A stretch of 64,000 bases of DNA from Verrucomicrobiota bacterium. Lineage in GTDB: Bacteria; Verrucomicrobiota; Verrucomicrobiia; Limisphaerales; CANJXF01. The stretch covers positions 40,369-104,368 of the forward strand of contig JBBQRQ010000004.1 in the NCBI GenBank assembly GCA_038214755.1. Reading direction: 5' to 3'. Below are positions 38,539 through 47,978 of the stretch, piece after piece. The notes below the pieces were generated by a model that saw only the letters and a list, made by a program, of their open reading frames with translations, was not told the DNA's origin and did not search any database. The stretch's first letter is position 1. Each line of letters opens with the position of its first letter. Position numbers and translations under genes: made by a program.

Positions 38539-39921
38539 ATGCCTTTGGCCGAAAATATTATTTCTGAACTCCGTCGTGTCGTCGGAAGCGAAAATGTTTT
38601 GACGTTGCAGGAGGATTTAATCCCTTACTCCATCGACGGCACCGCAGCGCTGCAACAGATGCCCGGCTGCGTCGCTTTCCCAAAAACTGCGGCGGAGATT
38701 TCGGCGATTCTCAAACTGGCCAACGAAAAAACTTTTGCCGTCGTCACGCGGGGTTCGGGCACCGGACTGAGCGGCGGAAGTCTGCCCAGCCGCGATTGCG
38801 TCGTTCTCTGCACGGTCAAGATGGATAAAATTCTGGAAGTGGATCGCGCGAATTTGACGATGCTGGTTGAACCGGGCGTCACGACCTTGACCATCGCGGA
38901 TGCGGCAAGCGCCGTCGGATTATTTTATCCGCCCGATCCCGGCTCGATGAAAATTTCCACCATCGGCGGAAACGTGGCGGAGAATTCCGGCGGCTTGCGC
39001 GGGTTGAAATATGGCATCACCCGCAATTACGTGATGGGCCTTGAAGTCGTTTTGCCGAATGGCGAAATCATGATGATGGGCAATAAATGCGTCAAAGATG
39101 TCGCTGGTTATTCGCTCAAAGATATTTTCATCGGCTCGGAAGGAACCTTGGGCGTTATCACGAAAGTTTTGCTGCGACTGATTCCAAAACCCGCCGCGAA
39201 AAAAACCATGGTCGCGACTTTCTCGCAAATGGATCACGCGGCCGACGCGGTTTCCGCGATTATCGCCGCCCAAATTATTCCATGCACCTTGGAATTTCTC
39301 GACCGCATGACAATTCATTGCGTCGAAGATTATGCGAAAATCGGTTTGCCGCTCGATTGCGAAGCGCTGTTGCTCATCGAAAGCGATGGTCATCCTGCCG
39401 CCGTCGCTGATGAAGCCGCGCAAATGGAAAAAATTTGTCGTGAACGAGGTTGCCTCGAAGTGCGCGTGGCCAAAGACGATGTTGAAGCGACGAAATTAGC
39501 CAGCGCGCGACGTTCCGCTTTTTCTGCGCTGGCTCGCGTTGCGCCAACCACGATTCTCGAGGACGCGACCGTTCCGCGAAGCGAACTCGCCAAAATGATT
39601 CGGTTCGTCGAAGCCATCGCGAAAAAATACAAATTAAAAATCGGCACGTTCGGCCACATGGGCGACGGAAATTTGCATCCGACATTTTTGACGGACGAAC
39701 GCAACCACGAGGAAATGCACCGCGTCGAAGAAGCCTTCAAAGAAATTTTCGACGAAGCGATTCGTCTCGGCGGAACGATTACCGGCGAGCATGGTGTTGG
39801 TCTGGCGAAGAAATCTTTTCTGCCAAAATTTCTTGGCGACGCGCAGATGCGAATCACCCGCGAATTCCGCAAAGTGCTCGATCCAAATGGAATCTTGAAT
39901 CCGGGAAAGATGTTTGACTAA
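38539..39921 (+). CDS. FAD-linked oxidase, glycolate oxidase GlcD-like
   Basis: RGSGTGLSGG, YPPDPGS, GSEGTLG, GDGNLHP, TGEHGVG, LNPGK. Confidence 0.9.
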   Translation: MPLAENIISELRRVVGSENVLTLQEDLIPYSIDGTAALQQMPGCVAFPKTAAEISAILKLANEKTFAVVTRGSGTGLSGGSLPSRDCVVLCTVKMDKILEVDRANLTMLVEPGVTTLTIADAASAVGLFYPPDPGSMKISTIGGNVAENSGGLRGLKYGITRNYVMGLEVVLPNGEIMMMGNKCVKDVAGYSLKDIFIGSEGTLGVITKVLLRLIPKPAAKKTMVATFSQMDHAADAVSAIIAAQIIPCTLEFLDRMTIHCVEDYAKIGLPLDCEALLLIESDGHPAAVADEAAQMEKICRERGCLEVRVAKDDVEATKLASARRSAFSALARVAPTTILEDATVPRSELAKMIRFVEAIAKKYKLKIGTFGHMGDGNLHPTFLTDERNHEEMHRVEEAFKEIFDEAIRLGGTITGEHGVGLAKKSFLPKFLGDAQMRITREFRKVLDPNGILNPGKMFD

Positions 39922-39982
39922 AGCCGGGAGGATTCAATTGAAAGATGGCTCGCCCTCGCCATGAACTTCAAGGTAGGGCACC

Positions 39983-40115
39983 GTAGCGCAGGATTTCATC
40001 CTGCTGTATCGCCGGTTTGCAACCGGCAGAACGCTGGCAGATTCAACGCGCTCGAAAAATCCAGACGCCCGCAGGTTGCAAACCTGCGATACAGCAGCTT
40101 AAAAAGCTGCGCTAC
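39983..40115. repeat. REP doublet, family B
   Basis: gtagcgcaggatttcatcctgctgtatcgc ... gcgatacagcagcttaaaaagctgcgctac. Confidence 0.88.
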
Positions 40116-40152
40116 GAAATTCTCCCATTCCAAAAATGTCCCCGTAACTTCC

Positions 40153-40193
40153 TGTAACAAGCTATCTCGTCAGCGCGTCATTTGGTTTGTCCG
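40153..40193 (+). promoter_or_regulatory. Putative ECF sigma promoter, copy 1
   Basis: TGTAAC-N17-CGTCATTTgGTTTGTCCG. Confidence 0.6.
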
Positions 40194-40259
40194 ACGGCTT
40201 TAAAAATTGTAAGCTCTGGATAATTCAAATGCTCAATTCAAAATCCACTTCTCCTCTGT

Positions 40260-41672
40260 ATGTTTGAAACTTGTGATAACTGTGACTATCGCCCGATCTT
40301 TTCGCGCCGCGATTTTTTGAGTCGGTTGGGAATGGGCTTTGGCGCGCTCGGTCTGGGCGCGTTGTTGAACGAAGAACTTCTTTGCTCCGCCAACGCAGCC
40401 GATGCCAGCCTCTCGCCGCTCTCTCCGAGAAATCCGCATTTCCCTGTCAAAGCAAAACGGGTCATTCACATTTTCGCCAATGGCGCGCCGTCGCAGGTCG
40501 ATACCTGGGACCCGAAACCTTCTCTCGCAAAATATTCCGGCAAATCGATCGGCGATGGAAAGGGCGTCGCCATGGCGTCGCCCTTCAAATTTCAGAAGTA
40601 TGGAAAATCCGGAATCGAGGTCAGCGAAGTTTTTCCGAACCTCGCTCAACACGTTGACGAAATGGCGATCATCCGCTCAATGAAAACGGATATTCCCGCC
40701 CACGAAATTGCGACGGTGATGATGAACACCGGGTCGCGCCAACTCGCCAAGCCGTGTCTCGGTTCGTGGTCGGTGTATGGACTGGGCACAGAAAATCAAA
40801 ACATGCCGGGATTTATTTCGTTGCGAAATGGCGGCGGGCTCCCGAATGGCGGCACGCAAAATTGGGGCGCGGCATTTTTGCCGGGAGTTTATCAAGGCAC
40901 GAGCGTCAACACGCAAGCGGCGTCCGTCGAGGAGATGATTCAAAATATAAAAAATCCTTACGTCTCGACAGAGGAGCAGCGCCGCCAACTCGATCTCATT
41001 CATCAGCTCAACGAATTGCACGCGCAAAATGCGCAGAAGGAAGCCCAACTCGAAGCGCGCATTGAGGCTTACGAAATCGCTTTCAAAATGCAGGCTGCGG
41101 CAAGCGACGCTTTTGATTATCGCAAAGAGCCGGAAAATATTCGCGAGCTTTACGGCAACACCGGGCAGGGCCGCCAACTGCTCATCGCGCGACGCTTGCT
41201 CGAACGCGGCGTTCGTTTTGTTCAAGTCTGGGCCGGCGGCTGGGACCATCACCAGGACATCGAAACGAAGTTGCCCGAACGCGCGAAGGAAATCGACAAA
41301 CCGCTCGCCGCATTTTTGACCGACATGAAACAACGCGGTTTGCTCGACAGCACGCTCGTCATTTGGGGTGGAGAATTTGGCCGTCAACCGACCCGCGACC
41401 GCAATGGCAATGACAATCCCGGACGCGACCACAATGCAAAAGCATTTTCAGTTTGGATGGCGGGCGGCGGAGTGAAAGGCGGAACCATTTATGGTGCGAC
41501 CGATGAATTCGGCGCGAAGTCAGTCGAAAATCCGGTGCACGTCCACGATTTGCACGCGACGATTTTGGCGTTGCTCGGCTTCGATCACAAAAAATTAACG
41601 TACCGATACAACGGGAGAGATTTTCGTTTGACGGATGTGAGTGGGGAAGTGGTTAAAGGAGTGATTGCGTGA
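40260..41672 (+). CDS. DUF1501 (sulfatase-like) Tat-exported protein
   Basis: SRRDFL, AKRVIHIF.NGAPSQVDTWDPKP, ARRLLERGVRFVQ, GEFGR, GRDHN. Confidence 0.9.
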   Translation: MFETCDNCDYRPIFSRRDFLSRLGMGFGALGLGALLNEELLCSANAADASLSPLSPRNPHFPVKAKRVIHIFANGAPSQVDTWDPKPSLAKYSGKSIGDGKGVAMASPFKFQKYGKSGIEVSEVFPNLAQHVDEMAIIRSMKTDIPAHEIATVMMNTGSRQLAKPCLGSWSVYGLGTENQNMPGFISLRNGGGLPNGGTQNWGAAFLPGVYQGTSVNTQAASVEEMIQNIKNPYVSTEEQRRQLDLIHQLNELHAQNAQKEAQLEARIEAYEIAFKMQAAASDAFDYRKEPENIRELYGNTGQGRQLLIARRLLERGVRFVQVWAGGWDHHQDIETKLPERAKEIDKPLAAFLTDMKQRGLLDSTLVIWGGEFGRQPTRDRNGNDNPGRDHNAKAFSVWMAGGGVKGGTIYGATDEFGAKSVENPVHVHDLHATILALLGFDHKKLTYRYNGRDFRLTDVSGEVVKGVIA

Positions 41673-41711
41673 GGAAATGAAATGTCTCGAAAAGAAAGAG
41701 TTTTATGAGGC

Positions 41712-42464
41712 TCAGAAAAATGGGTCGCGGTCATAATAAACCAGTTTTCCGTCAGCACGAAAAACCAGATCGATCTTGCTGGATAATCCGTTATTCGGAT
41801 CAGCCCCCGTCGGAAGCATGTCTACCGAAGCGCCGCCCGCAAGCCCTCCGGCGGCACCGGTTGGTTTGATGATGCATTCATTCCGTTTGAACTCTACCCC
41901 CGAGTCGGCCTTCACCATAGATATAACTTCCTCTTTGGTGATCGGAACAGTAATGTCGGGCTTAGAATCATCCGCTCGCAATGAGTTTAGAGACTGCAGT
42001 GCATTTCCGTCAGCCATATAGAACACCTTTGCAGGGCCTTGTTTCGGTTCTTGGATGGTTAAGGTAATCCCGCTAATAACAAAGGTGTAGAGGTTTGGTT
42101 TCATTAAGCTATGGAATTTTTCCAATGTCACTTCCTTTGGATCGAACAAAACGCGTCCATCGTAGGCTTCGCACCACTTGTTTATCGCGGGCCGAAATTT
42201 ATCTCTAAACTTTTTAGCAAACTCGGCTCGTTCGGCATCCGTAAACGCAACTGCGCTAATAGAGTTACCACTCCTACTCCAAGCCGTTGAATTTGTTTTT
42301 GGGGGAGAAATGTGTTCCGGCTCGGGTAGAACAATAGATGCTTTTGAGGAAACAGGCCATTCCGGGACCGTCCGACTTTCTCGAAATCGGACGATCCAAA
42401 AAACTAGCGATGAGACGCCCAAAAGACACACCACCCCGACCAGAAGCCGTTTTAGTTTCATCAC
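41712..42464 (-). CDS. Hypothetical membrane-anchored protein, partner of the upstream secreted protein
   Basis: N-terminal TM helix; starts 3 nt after the upstream stop. Confidence 0.7.
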   Translation of the reverse strand: MMKLKRLLVGVVCLLGVSSLVFWIVRFRESRTVPEWPVSSKASIVLPEPEHISPPKTNSTAWSRSGNSISAVAFTDAERAEFAKKFRDKFRPAINKWCEAYDGRVLFDPKEVTLEKFHSLMKPNLYTFVISGITLTIQEPKQGPAKVFYMADGNALQSLNSLRADDSKPDITVPITKEEVISMVKADSGVEFKRNECIIKPTGAAGGLAGGASVDMLPTGADPNNGLSSKIDLVFRADGKLVYYDRDPFF

Positions 42465-42467
42465 ATT

Positions 42468-44717
42468 CTACGGCCGTTTAACGTGGGTTGTGTTGAGGTT
42501 TCTCAACTCATCATCATAGATGCTACTGTAAACACATTTCTTGAAGCCTATCAGCACCGGAATGCCATTGGTTAGTTCGACGTATCGGTTGATAGTTGAC
42601 TGCACTGCGTATCGAAAAGAGTAAGTTGGATCACATCCCCCCGGATATTGGTTCAGTCCGCAAACCCAAGTTTGATCCATTACAGCCGCGACTTCGCAGG
42701 TTACTTTATTCTCGCTGTTAGCACGTCCAAAACCTCCTTGAGGAAGCTTACCGGCAAAAAACAGACCGCAATTCTTATACATCAAACCGTTATCTTGTTG
42801 AGCATTGGGCAGCATTCCACACGCTTCAAACCAGTTTATATATTGGCCGCCGGCAGTTGCGCCATAGGAAAGATCGCCACTGTAGCATGTCCACAACGCC
42901 GCTTTTCTAAGTCTCCATTTCTGATGATCGGGATACCCTCGAACATAGTATAATAAGTCCGCAGGATCGAACTTGTCTGGAAGATAATCGCCTCCTCCGA
43001 TGGTCGCGCCGCTGCCATGCGCTTGCGCAATCGTGAATTCCGAGAAATAAACGTTTGTTAGGGTGTTAATGATGTTAGATCGCCAAAAGATCGATTGTGA
43101 GTAATACGGATAACACGCCGCCAAATTACGATTAGTTCCCACCACCGTGGGACTGTACCATGTCAATGAATAGGCCCGATAAATGTCTTGATATAGCGTT
43201 TTCAAATCTCCATTGATACTGTAGTCGGCCCTGCTGTTAAGATACGAACCCGTAGTGTTAGCAGGATCTTCCCACTGATAGGTTAAGAGGCAACCTGCTC
43301 CGGGCCTAACTCCACCCCGGACTACCCTATTCGTGATTGTCAGGGTCGCCGAATTCGATGCCGTGAAGGTCACCTTATAGGTATCATTCGTGTATGCCGT
43401 CACCCCATTTGTCCCAGTGAAATTCCAAGAGAGCGACACCGTTGCCGCATACGGCACGTTGCCTGCGAAACTCTTTATTGTTTGCCCGTTGGAAGGATCG
43501 GAGATGGTCGCCGTAATGTATCGCGCTTGATCAATGCTGAAGTAAATGTAATTCGTACCGACATCGGGCGAACAATTATCGCTTGCGAAAAGAAGGTAAG
43601 TCTCGTTATCGAAATCCAAAGGAATGGAGGCCGACCCGCTGAAAAAAAGTTTAGCCTTATCCGGTGGGTTTGTCGGGTTGTAAACGCGAGCGCTATTTTC
43701 AAATGCAGTGATATAGACGTTGCCCACATCGTTTGGGTTATATCGCGTATCAATAGTGATTACGTTGCTTGCTCCCAGAGTATAGCGAGCCAGAGGTCCA
43801 TCCACGTTCACATTGAACTGGACATTTGTCACACCGCTCAAATCTAGAACCGTCGCAGTTAATGTCATCGTATTGCTCACCACGTCATACGGTTGAGCCC
43901 CCGTTATTTCAATGACTGGACCGCTGTAGGGAATCGCTTTGAAAAAGGCGGTATAATCGGGCGCGACATTTGTAATCAGAAAAAACATCGTGTCTGTGAC
44001 CTCCCAATTAGGAACCGTGCCTTGAACCAGCCAACCGTCCTCACTATCCGACGCGCCCAGGAAGTCGATACTTTTCCAAGTAGGCCTATCGACGGTGTCG
44101 GAAATCAGGAGCGCAAAATCTCGTGACTCCGCCGAGTAATCGAAATGGTTGGCTTTGACTATGACGGCATTGGTTCCGTACGACGCAATTTGAAGATTCG
44201 CTGCGGTGTTTGTATTGTCGGGAAATGATACGCAAGCGTTGTAAAGGTTAGAGTCGGTCAACGCGATGGCATTTGTATCCAGCAACAAGAATGAGTGATT
44301 CATAAACTTCTCATAATTCCTGCGAGTGTCAGGAATAGGATCAAGAGCCGGATCGCCTTCCTCATCGCCCGAACTGGGAACATTTAGCGATGCGTTCGAC
44401 CCTTTTTCTTTTCTCAAACTTACATAATCAAAATTAGAATCATCGATCAGGAATTGTCCATTTCCCAAGTCGTAAGTTGGCAGGGTAAGATTGGATGGCG
44501 GGCAAGGAAATGGAGGCATCGGTTGACCACTCGGGCCGACGGCCAACCAGAACGTACCGGACTTCGGCACTTCTTCGGTTGGAATTAATTTCAGTTCGGT
44601 TCTTTGAGCTTGCTCATAGGCAGTCCCAAAAGGTTGAGCGGAGGTCGATTGATCAAATGAGACGGCAATCAATGCGAGGCCGATCCGCGACCACATAATT
44701 TTATTCCGGATTTTCAT
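42468..44717 (-). CDS. Large secreted protein with Ig/FlgD-like domains and a possible clan-CD peptidase-like C-terminus
   Basis: Signal peptide from ATG 44717; GTFW..PPFP..YDLGNGQFLIDD region; AHGSG...ALWTCYSG. Confidence 0.7.
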   Translation of the reverse strand: MKIRNKIMWSRIGLALIAVSFDQSTSAQPFGTAYEQAQRTELKLIPTEEVPKSGTFWLAVGPSGQPMPPFPCPPSNLTLPTYDLGNGQFLIDDSNFDYVSLRKEKGSNASLNVPSSGDEEGDPALDPIPDTRRNYEKFMNHSFLLLDTNAIALTDSNLYNACVSFPDNTNTAANLQIASYGTNAVIVKANHFDYSAESRDFALLISDTVDRPTWKSIDFLGASDSEDGWLVQGTVPNWEVTDTMFFLITNVAPDYTAFFKAIPYSGPVIEITGAQPYDVVSNTMTLTATVLDLSGVTNVQFNVNVDGPLARYTLGASNVITIDTRYNPNDVGNVYITAFENSARVYNPTNPPDKAKLFFSGSASIPLDFDNETYLLFASDNCSPDVGTNYIYFSIDQARYITATISDPSNGQTIKSFAGNVPYAATVSLSWNFTGTNGVTAYTNDTYKVTFTASNSATLTITNRVVRGGVRPGAGCLLTYQWEDPANTTGSYLNSRADYSINGDLKTLYQDIYRAYSLTWYSPTVVGTNRNLAACYPYYSQSIFWRSNIINTLTNVYFSEFTIAQAHGSGATIGGGDYLPDKFDPADLLYYVRGYPDHQKWRLRKAALWTCYSGDLSYGATAGGQYINWFEACGMLPNAQQDNGLMYKNCGLFFAGKLPQGGFGRANSENKVTCEVAAVMDQTWVCGLNQYPGGCDPTYSFRYAVQSTINRYVELTNGIPVLIGFKKCVYSSIYDDELRNLNTTHVKRP

Positions 44718-44804
44718 AGGTTTTATTTTGCTTTCTCCGAGCGTTGTGCCCGGACGCGGATTTCTTGGAAGGATTGTGGAAGAAGGAAACGCGCCTAGCG
44801 CATT

Positions 44805-44935
44805 TTCCTTCGACCAGGGACCGCGACCAAGCGAACCCTTCCTCAGAAAAGTACACCAGGACGCGCGATGGAACGCACGTCGAGGTGGACTTCTGAGGAA
44901 AAAAGGATTGGTCGCGGTTTTTTCGGTCAAAGGAA
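44805..44935 (-). other. Long imperfect hairpin upstream of the secreted-protein gene
   Basis: Five nested stems; two plus-strand mismatches become G-U pairs on the minus strand. Confidence 0.65.
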
Positions 44936-45143
44936 TCCGAGTCCTCGCACTGCAAAGACTCACGCCGGAAAGATAAAAAACTTCCGGCTATGAAAAAGAA
45001 CTGCTGCTTTACTAAAACAAGCGGCTCACAACTACAAGCATTGATTCAATTTTTGATTTTATTTTTTCGCAGCGCTGGCTGGCGGCGACGCTGGTGAAGG
45101 ATTTGGCCGCAGAATGAAAACCGTTTCACTCCGCCGAGGTTTT

Positions 45144-45184
45144 TGTAACGAGCGTTCTCCCCAGCCCGTCATTTAGTTTGTCCG
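45144..45184 (+). promoter_or_regulatory. Putative ECF sigma promoter, copy 2
   Basis: TGTAAC-N17-CGTCATTTaGTTTGTCCG. Confidence 0.6.
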
Positions 45185-45219
45185 CCGTCTTTCGATGTTG
45201 TAGGCTCCGGGCAATTCAA

Positions 45220-47691
45220 ATGTTCAACCTGAAATTCATCTCCTTCGCCGCCTTCGTGTCCGTCGCGAGACTCCATGCCGCCGCACTGACGCCCGATCAA
45301 TTAAATTTTTTCGAAAGTAAAATCCGTCCCATCTTCGTGGACAATTGTTACAAGTGTCACAGTCACGAAGCCGAGAAACTCAAAGGCGGTCTCTCACTCG
45401 AATATCGCGAAAGTATTTTGAAGGGCGGCGAAAATGGTCCGGCCATTGTCCCCGGCGATCCGGGAAAAAGTCTCTTGATAAAAGCCGTCCGCTATCTAGA
45501 CGCCGATTTGCAGATGCCGCCGAAAGACAAAAAACTTTCTGACACACAAATCAATGACCTCGTGGCGTGGGTGAAAATGGGCGCGCCCGATCCGCGCGTT
45601 GCAGGCGCGACCGTGGCGAGCAAAGGTTGGGGAAAAATGGCGAAGGAACATTGGGCTTTCAAGCCGGTTAAAAGAGTAGCGGTGCCGGATTTGAGCAATT
45701 TGGGAAAAGGAGAAAAGGAGAAAGGGGGTAAGGGAGAAAGCCCCTCTGCTCCTTCTCCCCTTTTCACCTCTTCAAACCCAATCGACGCCTTTATAATCGT
45801 CAAGCTGCGCGAGAATGGGATGACGATGTCGCAGGCCGCCGACAAACGAACGCTCATTCGCCGCGCGACATTTGATTTGGTTGGCCTGCCGCCTTCGCCC
45901 GAGGAAGTAAAAGCGTTTGTCGATGATACCTCGACCAATGCGTTCGCCAAAATCGTGGATCGTCTCCTTGCCTCGCCGCATTACGGAGAACGTTGGGGAA
46001 GATATTGGTTGGACACCGCGCGTTATTCCGACACGAAAGGCGACGTGAAAAAAAATCAGGAGTCGCCGCTCTATCCCTTTGCCTGGACGTATCGCGATTA
46101 CGTTATTCGCTCTTTCAATGAGGACAAGCCATTTAACCGTTTTCTCATGGAGCAGATCGCGGCTGACAAAATGCCGATGGATAAAGACCGCAGTTCGCTC
46201 GCGGCGTTGGGATTTTTAACTTTGGGCGATCATTTCAACGGAAATCAAAATGACATCATCAACGACCGCATCGACGTGGTTTGCAAAGGGACGATGGGAC
46301 TGACGGTGAGTTGTGCGCGCTGCCACGATCACAAGTTCGATCCGATTCCGACGAAAGATTATTATTCGTTGCGCGGGATTTTCGCCAGCTCCGTGGAACC
46401 AGGGGAGGAACCGATTTTGGGCAGCGTACAAATGACGGCGGATTATAAAGATTATGCGACGAAAGCCAATGCGTTGAACCAAAAAGTAGCCTCACTGGAA
46501 GTGGAGCGGCGGGCGTTGCGCAAGAGCGGCGGAAAAAAACCGCGCAAGGAATTGCAGAAGGAGGAAATCGAAATCCGCCGGGACATTGCGCGATTGGAAA
46601 TGACTCATGCCGGCGCGCCTGCTCGTGCGATGGCGTTGCTCGATTCGACCAAGCCAAAAGATTCAGTGGTCTTCATTCGCGGCGAAGCGGAAAACAAAGG
46701 CGAAGTTGCCCCGAGACGTTTTCTGGAAATTTTGTCCGGGCCAAATCGCGCTCCGTTTCAAAATGGGAGCGGTCGCCTGGAACTCGCTCAGGCCATCGTC
46801 AATCCCTACAATCCCTTGACGGCACGGGTGGCGGTGAATCGCGTTTGGATGCATCACTTCGGCGAAGGATTTGTCACAACGCCGGACGATTTTGGAAATC
46901 AATCCGAGCCGCCGAGTCATCCCGAACTGCTGGATTATCTGACGGCGAAATTTATTCAGGAAGGTTGGTCGCTCAAAAAATTGCATCGCGAGATTATGCT
47001 TTCGAGGACGTATCAACAGAGCAGCGAGGGCAATCCGCGTTACGCGCAAACGGATCCGCAAAATCGCTTGCTTTGGCGCGCGAACATTCAGCGATTGGAA
47101 TTTGAAGCGGTGCGCGATTCCATTCTCGCGATTGGCGGCGACATCGATCTCAAGATGGGCGGGCGTCCAGTGAACCTCGGCGAAAAAGGTTACTCACTTC
47201 GTCGCACCATTTACGGTTACATCGACCGCCGGAATTTGCCGGAAGTTTACAATCAATTTGATTTTGCCAACCCCGACATCACGAGCGGCAAGCGTTACGA
47301 AACGACCGTGCCGCAACAGGCGTTGTTTATGATGAACAGTCCGCTGGTGGTGGAGCAGGCGAGAAATCTGGTTGAGCAATCGGAGTTTGTTTCTTTGCGG
47401 GATGAAGAGAAGCGAATCCGTTTTCTTTACGAACGAATTTTCCAGCGCGAACCGAGTTCAATTGAGACGAAACTTGCGTTGGGTTTCATCAACGATTCGC
47501 CGCCGCCAGAAAAAATTACGACCGAAGCGCGCGAACAATTTCGCCGTGAAAAAGGAAAACAAGGCGGAAAAAAATACGGCCCAGCCATGAGTCTCGCCAA
47601 TATTCCCGCTTCAGAACTTCGACGCTTGGGCGCGTGGGAGAAATTCGCCCACGCCCTGCTCCAAACCAACGAGGCACTCTTCGTGAACTAA
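45220..47691 (+). CDS. Planctomycete cytochrome c + DUF1549/DUF1553 protein
   Basis: FFESKIRPIFVDNCYKCH, HWAF, YGERWGRYWLD, CARCHDHKFDPIPT, PSHPELLDYL. Confidence 0.92.
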   Translation: MFNLKFISFAAFVSVARLHAAALTPDQLNFFESKIRPIFVDNCYKCHSHEAEKLKGGLSLEYRESILKGGENGPAIVPGDPGKSLLIKAVRYLDADLQMPPKDKKLSDTQINDLVAWVKMGAPDPRVAGATVASKGWGKMAKEHWAFKPVKRVAVPDLSNLGKGEKEKGGKGESPSAPSPLFTSSNPIDAFIIVKLRENGMTMSQAADKRTLIRRATFDLVGLPPSPEEVKAFVDDTSTNAFAKIVDRLLASPHYGERWGRYWLDTARYSDTKGDVKKNQESPLYPFAWTYRDYVIRSFNEDKPFNRFLMEQIAADKMPMDKDRSSLAALGFLTLGDHFNGNQNDIINDRIDVVCKGTMGLTVSCARCHDHKFDPIPTKDYYSLRGIFASSVEPGEEPILGSVQMTADYKDYATKANALNQKVASLEVERRALRKSGGKKPRKELQKEEIEIRRDIARLEMTHAGAPARAMALLDSTKPKDSVVFIRGEAENKGEVAPRRFLEILSGPNRAPFQNGSGRLELAQAIVNPYNPLTARVAVNRVWMHHFGEGFVTTPDDFGNQSEPPSHPELLDYLTAKFIQEGWSLKKLHREIMLSRTYQQSSEGNPRYAQTDPQNRLLWRANIQRLEFEAVRDSILAIGGDIDLKMGGRPVNLGEKGYSLRRTIYGYIDRRNLPEVYNQFDFANPDITSGKRYETTVPQQALFMMNSPLVVEQARNLVEQSEFVSLRDEEKRIRFLYERIFQREPSSIETKLALGFINDSPPPEKITTEAREQFRREKGKQGGKKYGPAMSLANIPASELRRLGAWEKFAHALLQTNEALFVN

Positions 47692-47742
47692 CCTCGACCA
47701 TTGTGGGCGACGACCACCGGCGCGCGGATTTCTTGCAAGATT

Positions 47743-47821
47743 AACGGAACGTCGATCTCCTGATCGGCTCGCGGAAATGAAAGCAGCGTTCCGATGCCGA
47801 TCAGGAGATCGGCGTTCCGTT
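47743..47821. repeat. REP-like doublet, family H (ggaacgccgatctcctgatcggc)
   Basis: aacggaacgtcgatctcctgatcggc / gccgatcaggagatcggcgttccgtt. Confidence 0.85.
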
Positions 47822-47978
47822 CTCACCTCTTTCCGATGATTTGAAACCTGCCATTTAGTGAGATGCGCCCCTTTCCGAAAAAGGAACTTGCTACCAGCCG
47901 ATAGGCAGAGAACTGTTGCCGATGACCTCTCCGTCATCGGCGGAATATTAAAAAGCAAATTCCTCTCAAATCAATGCC

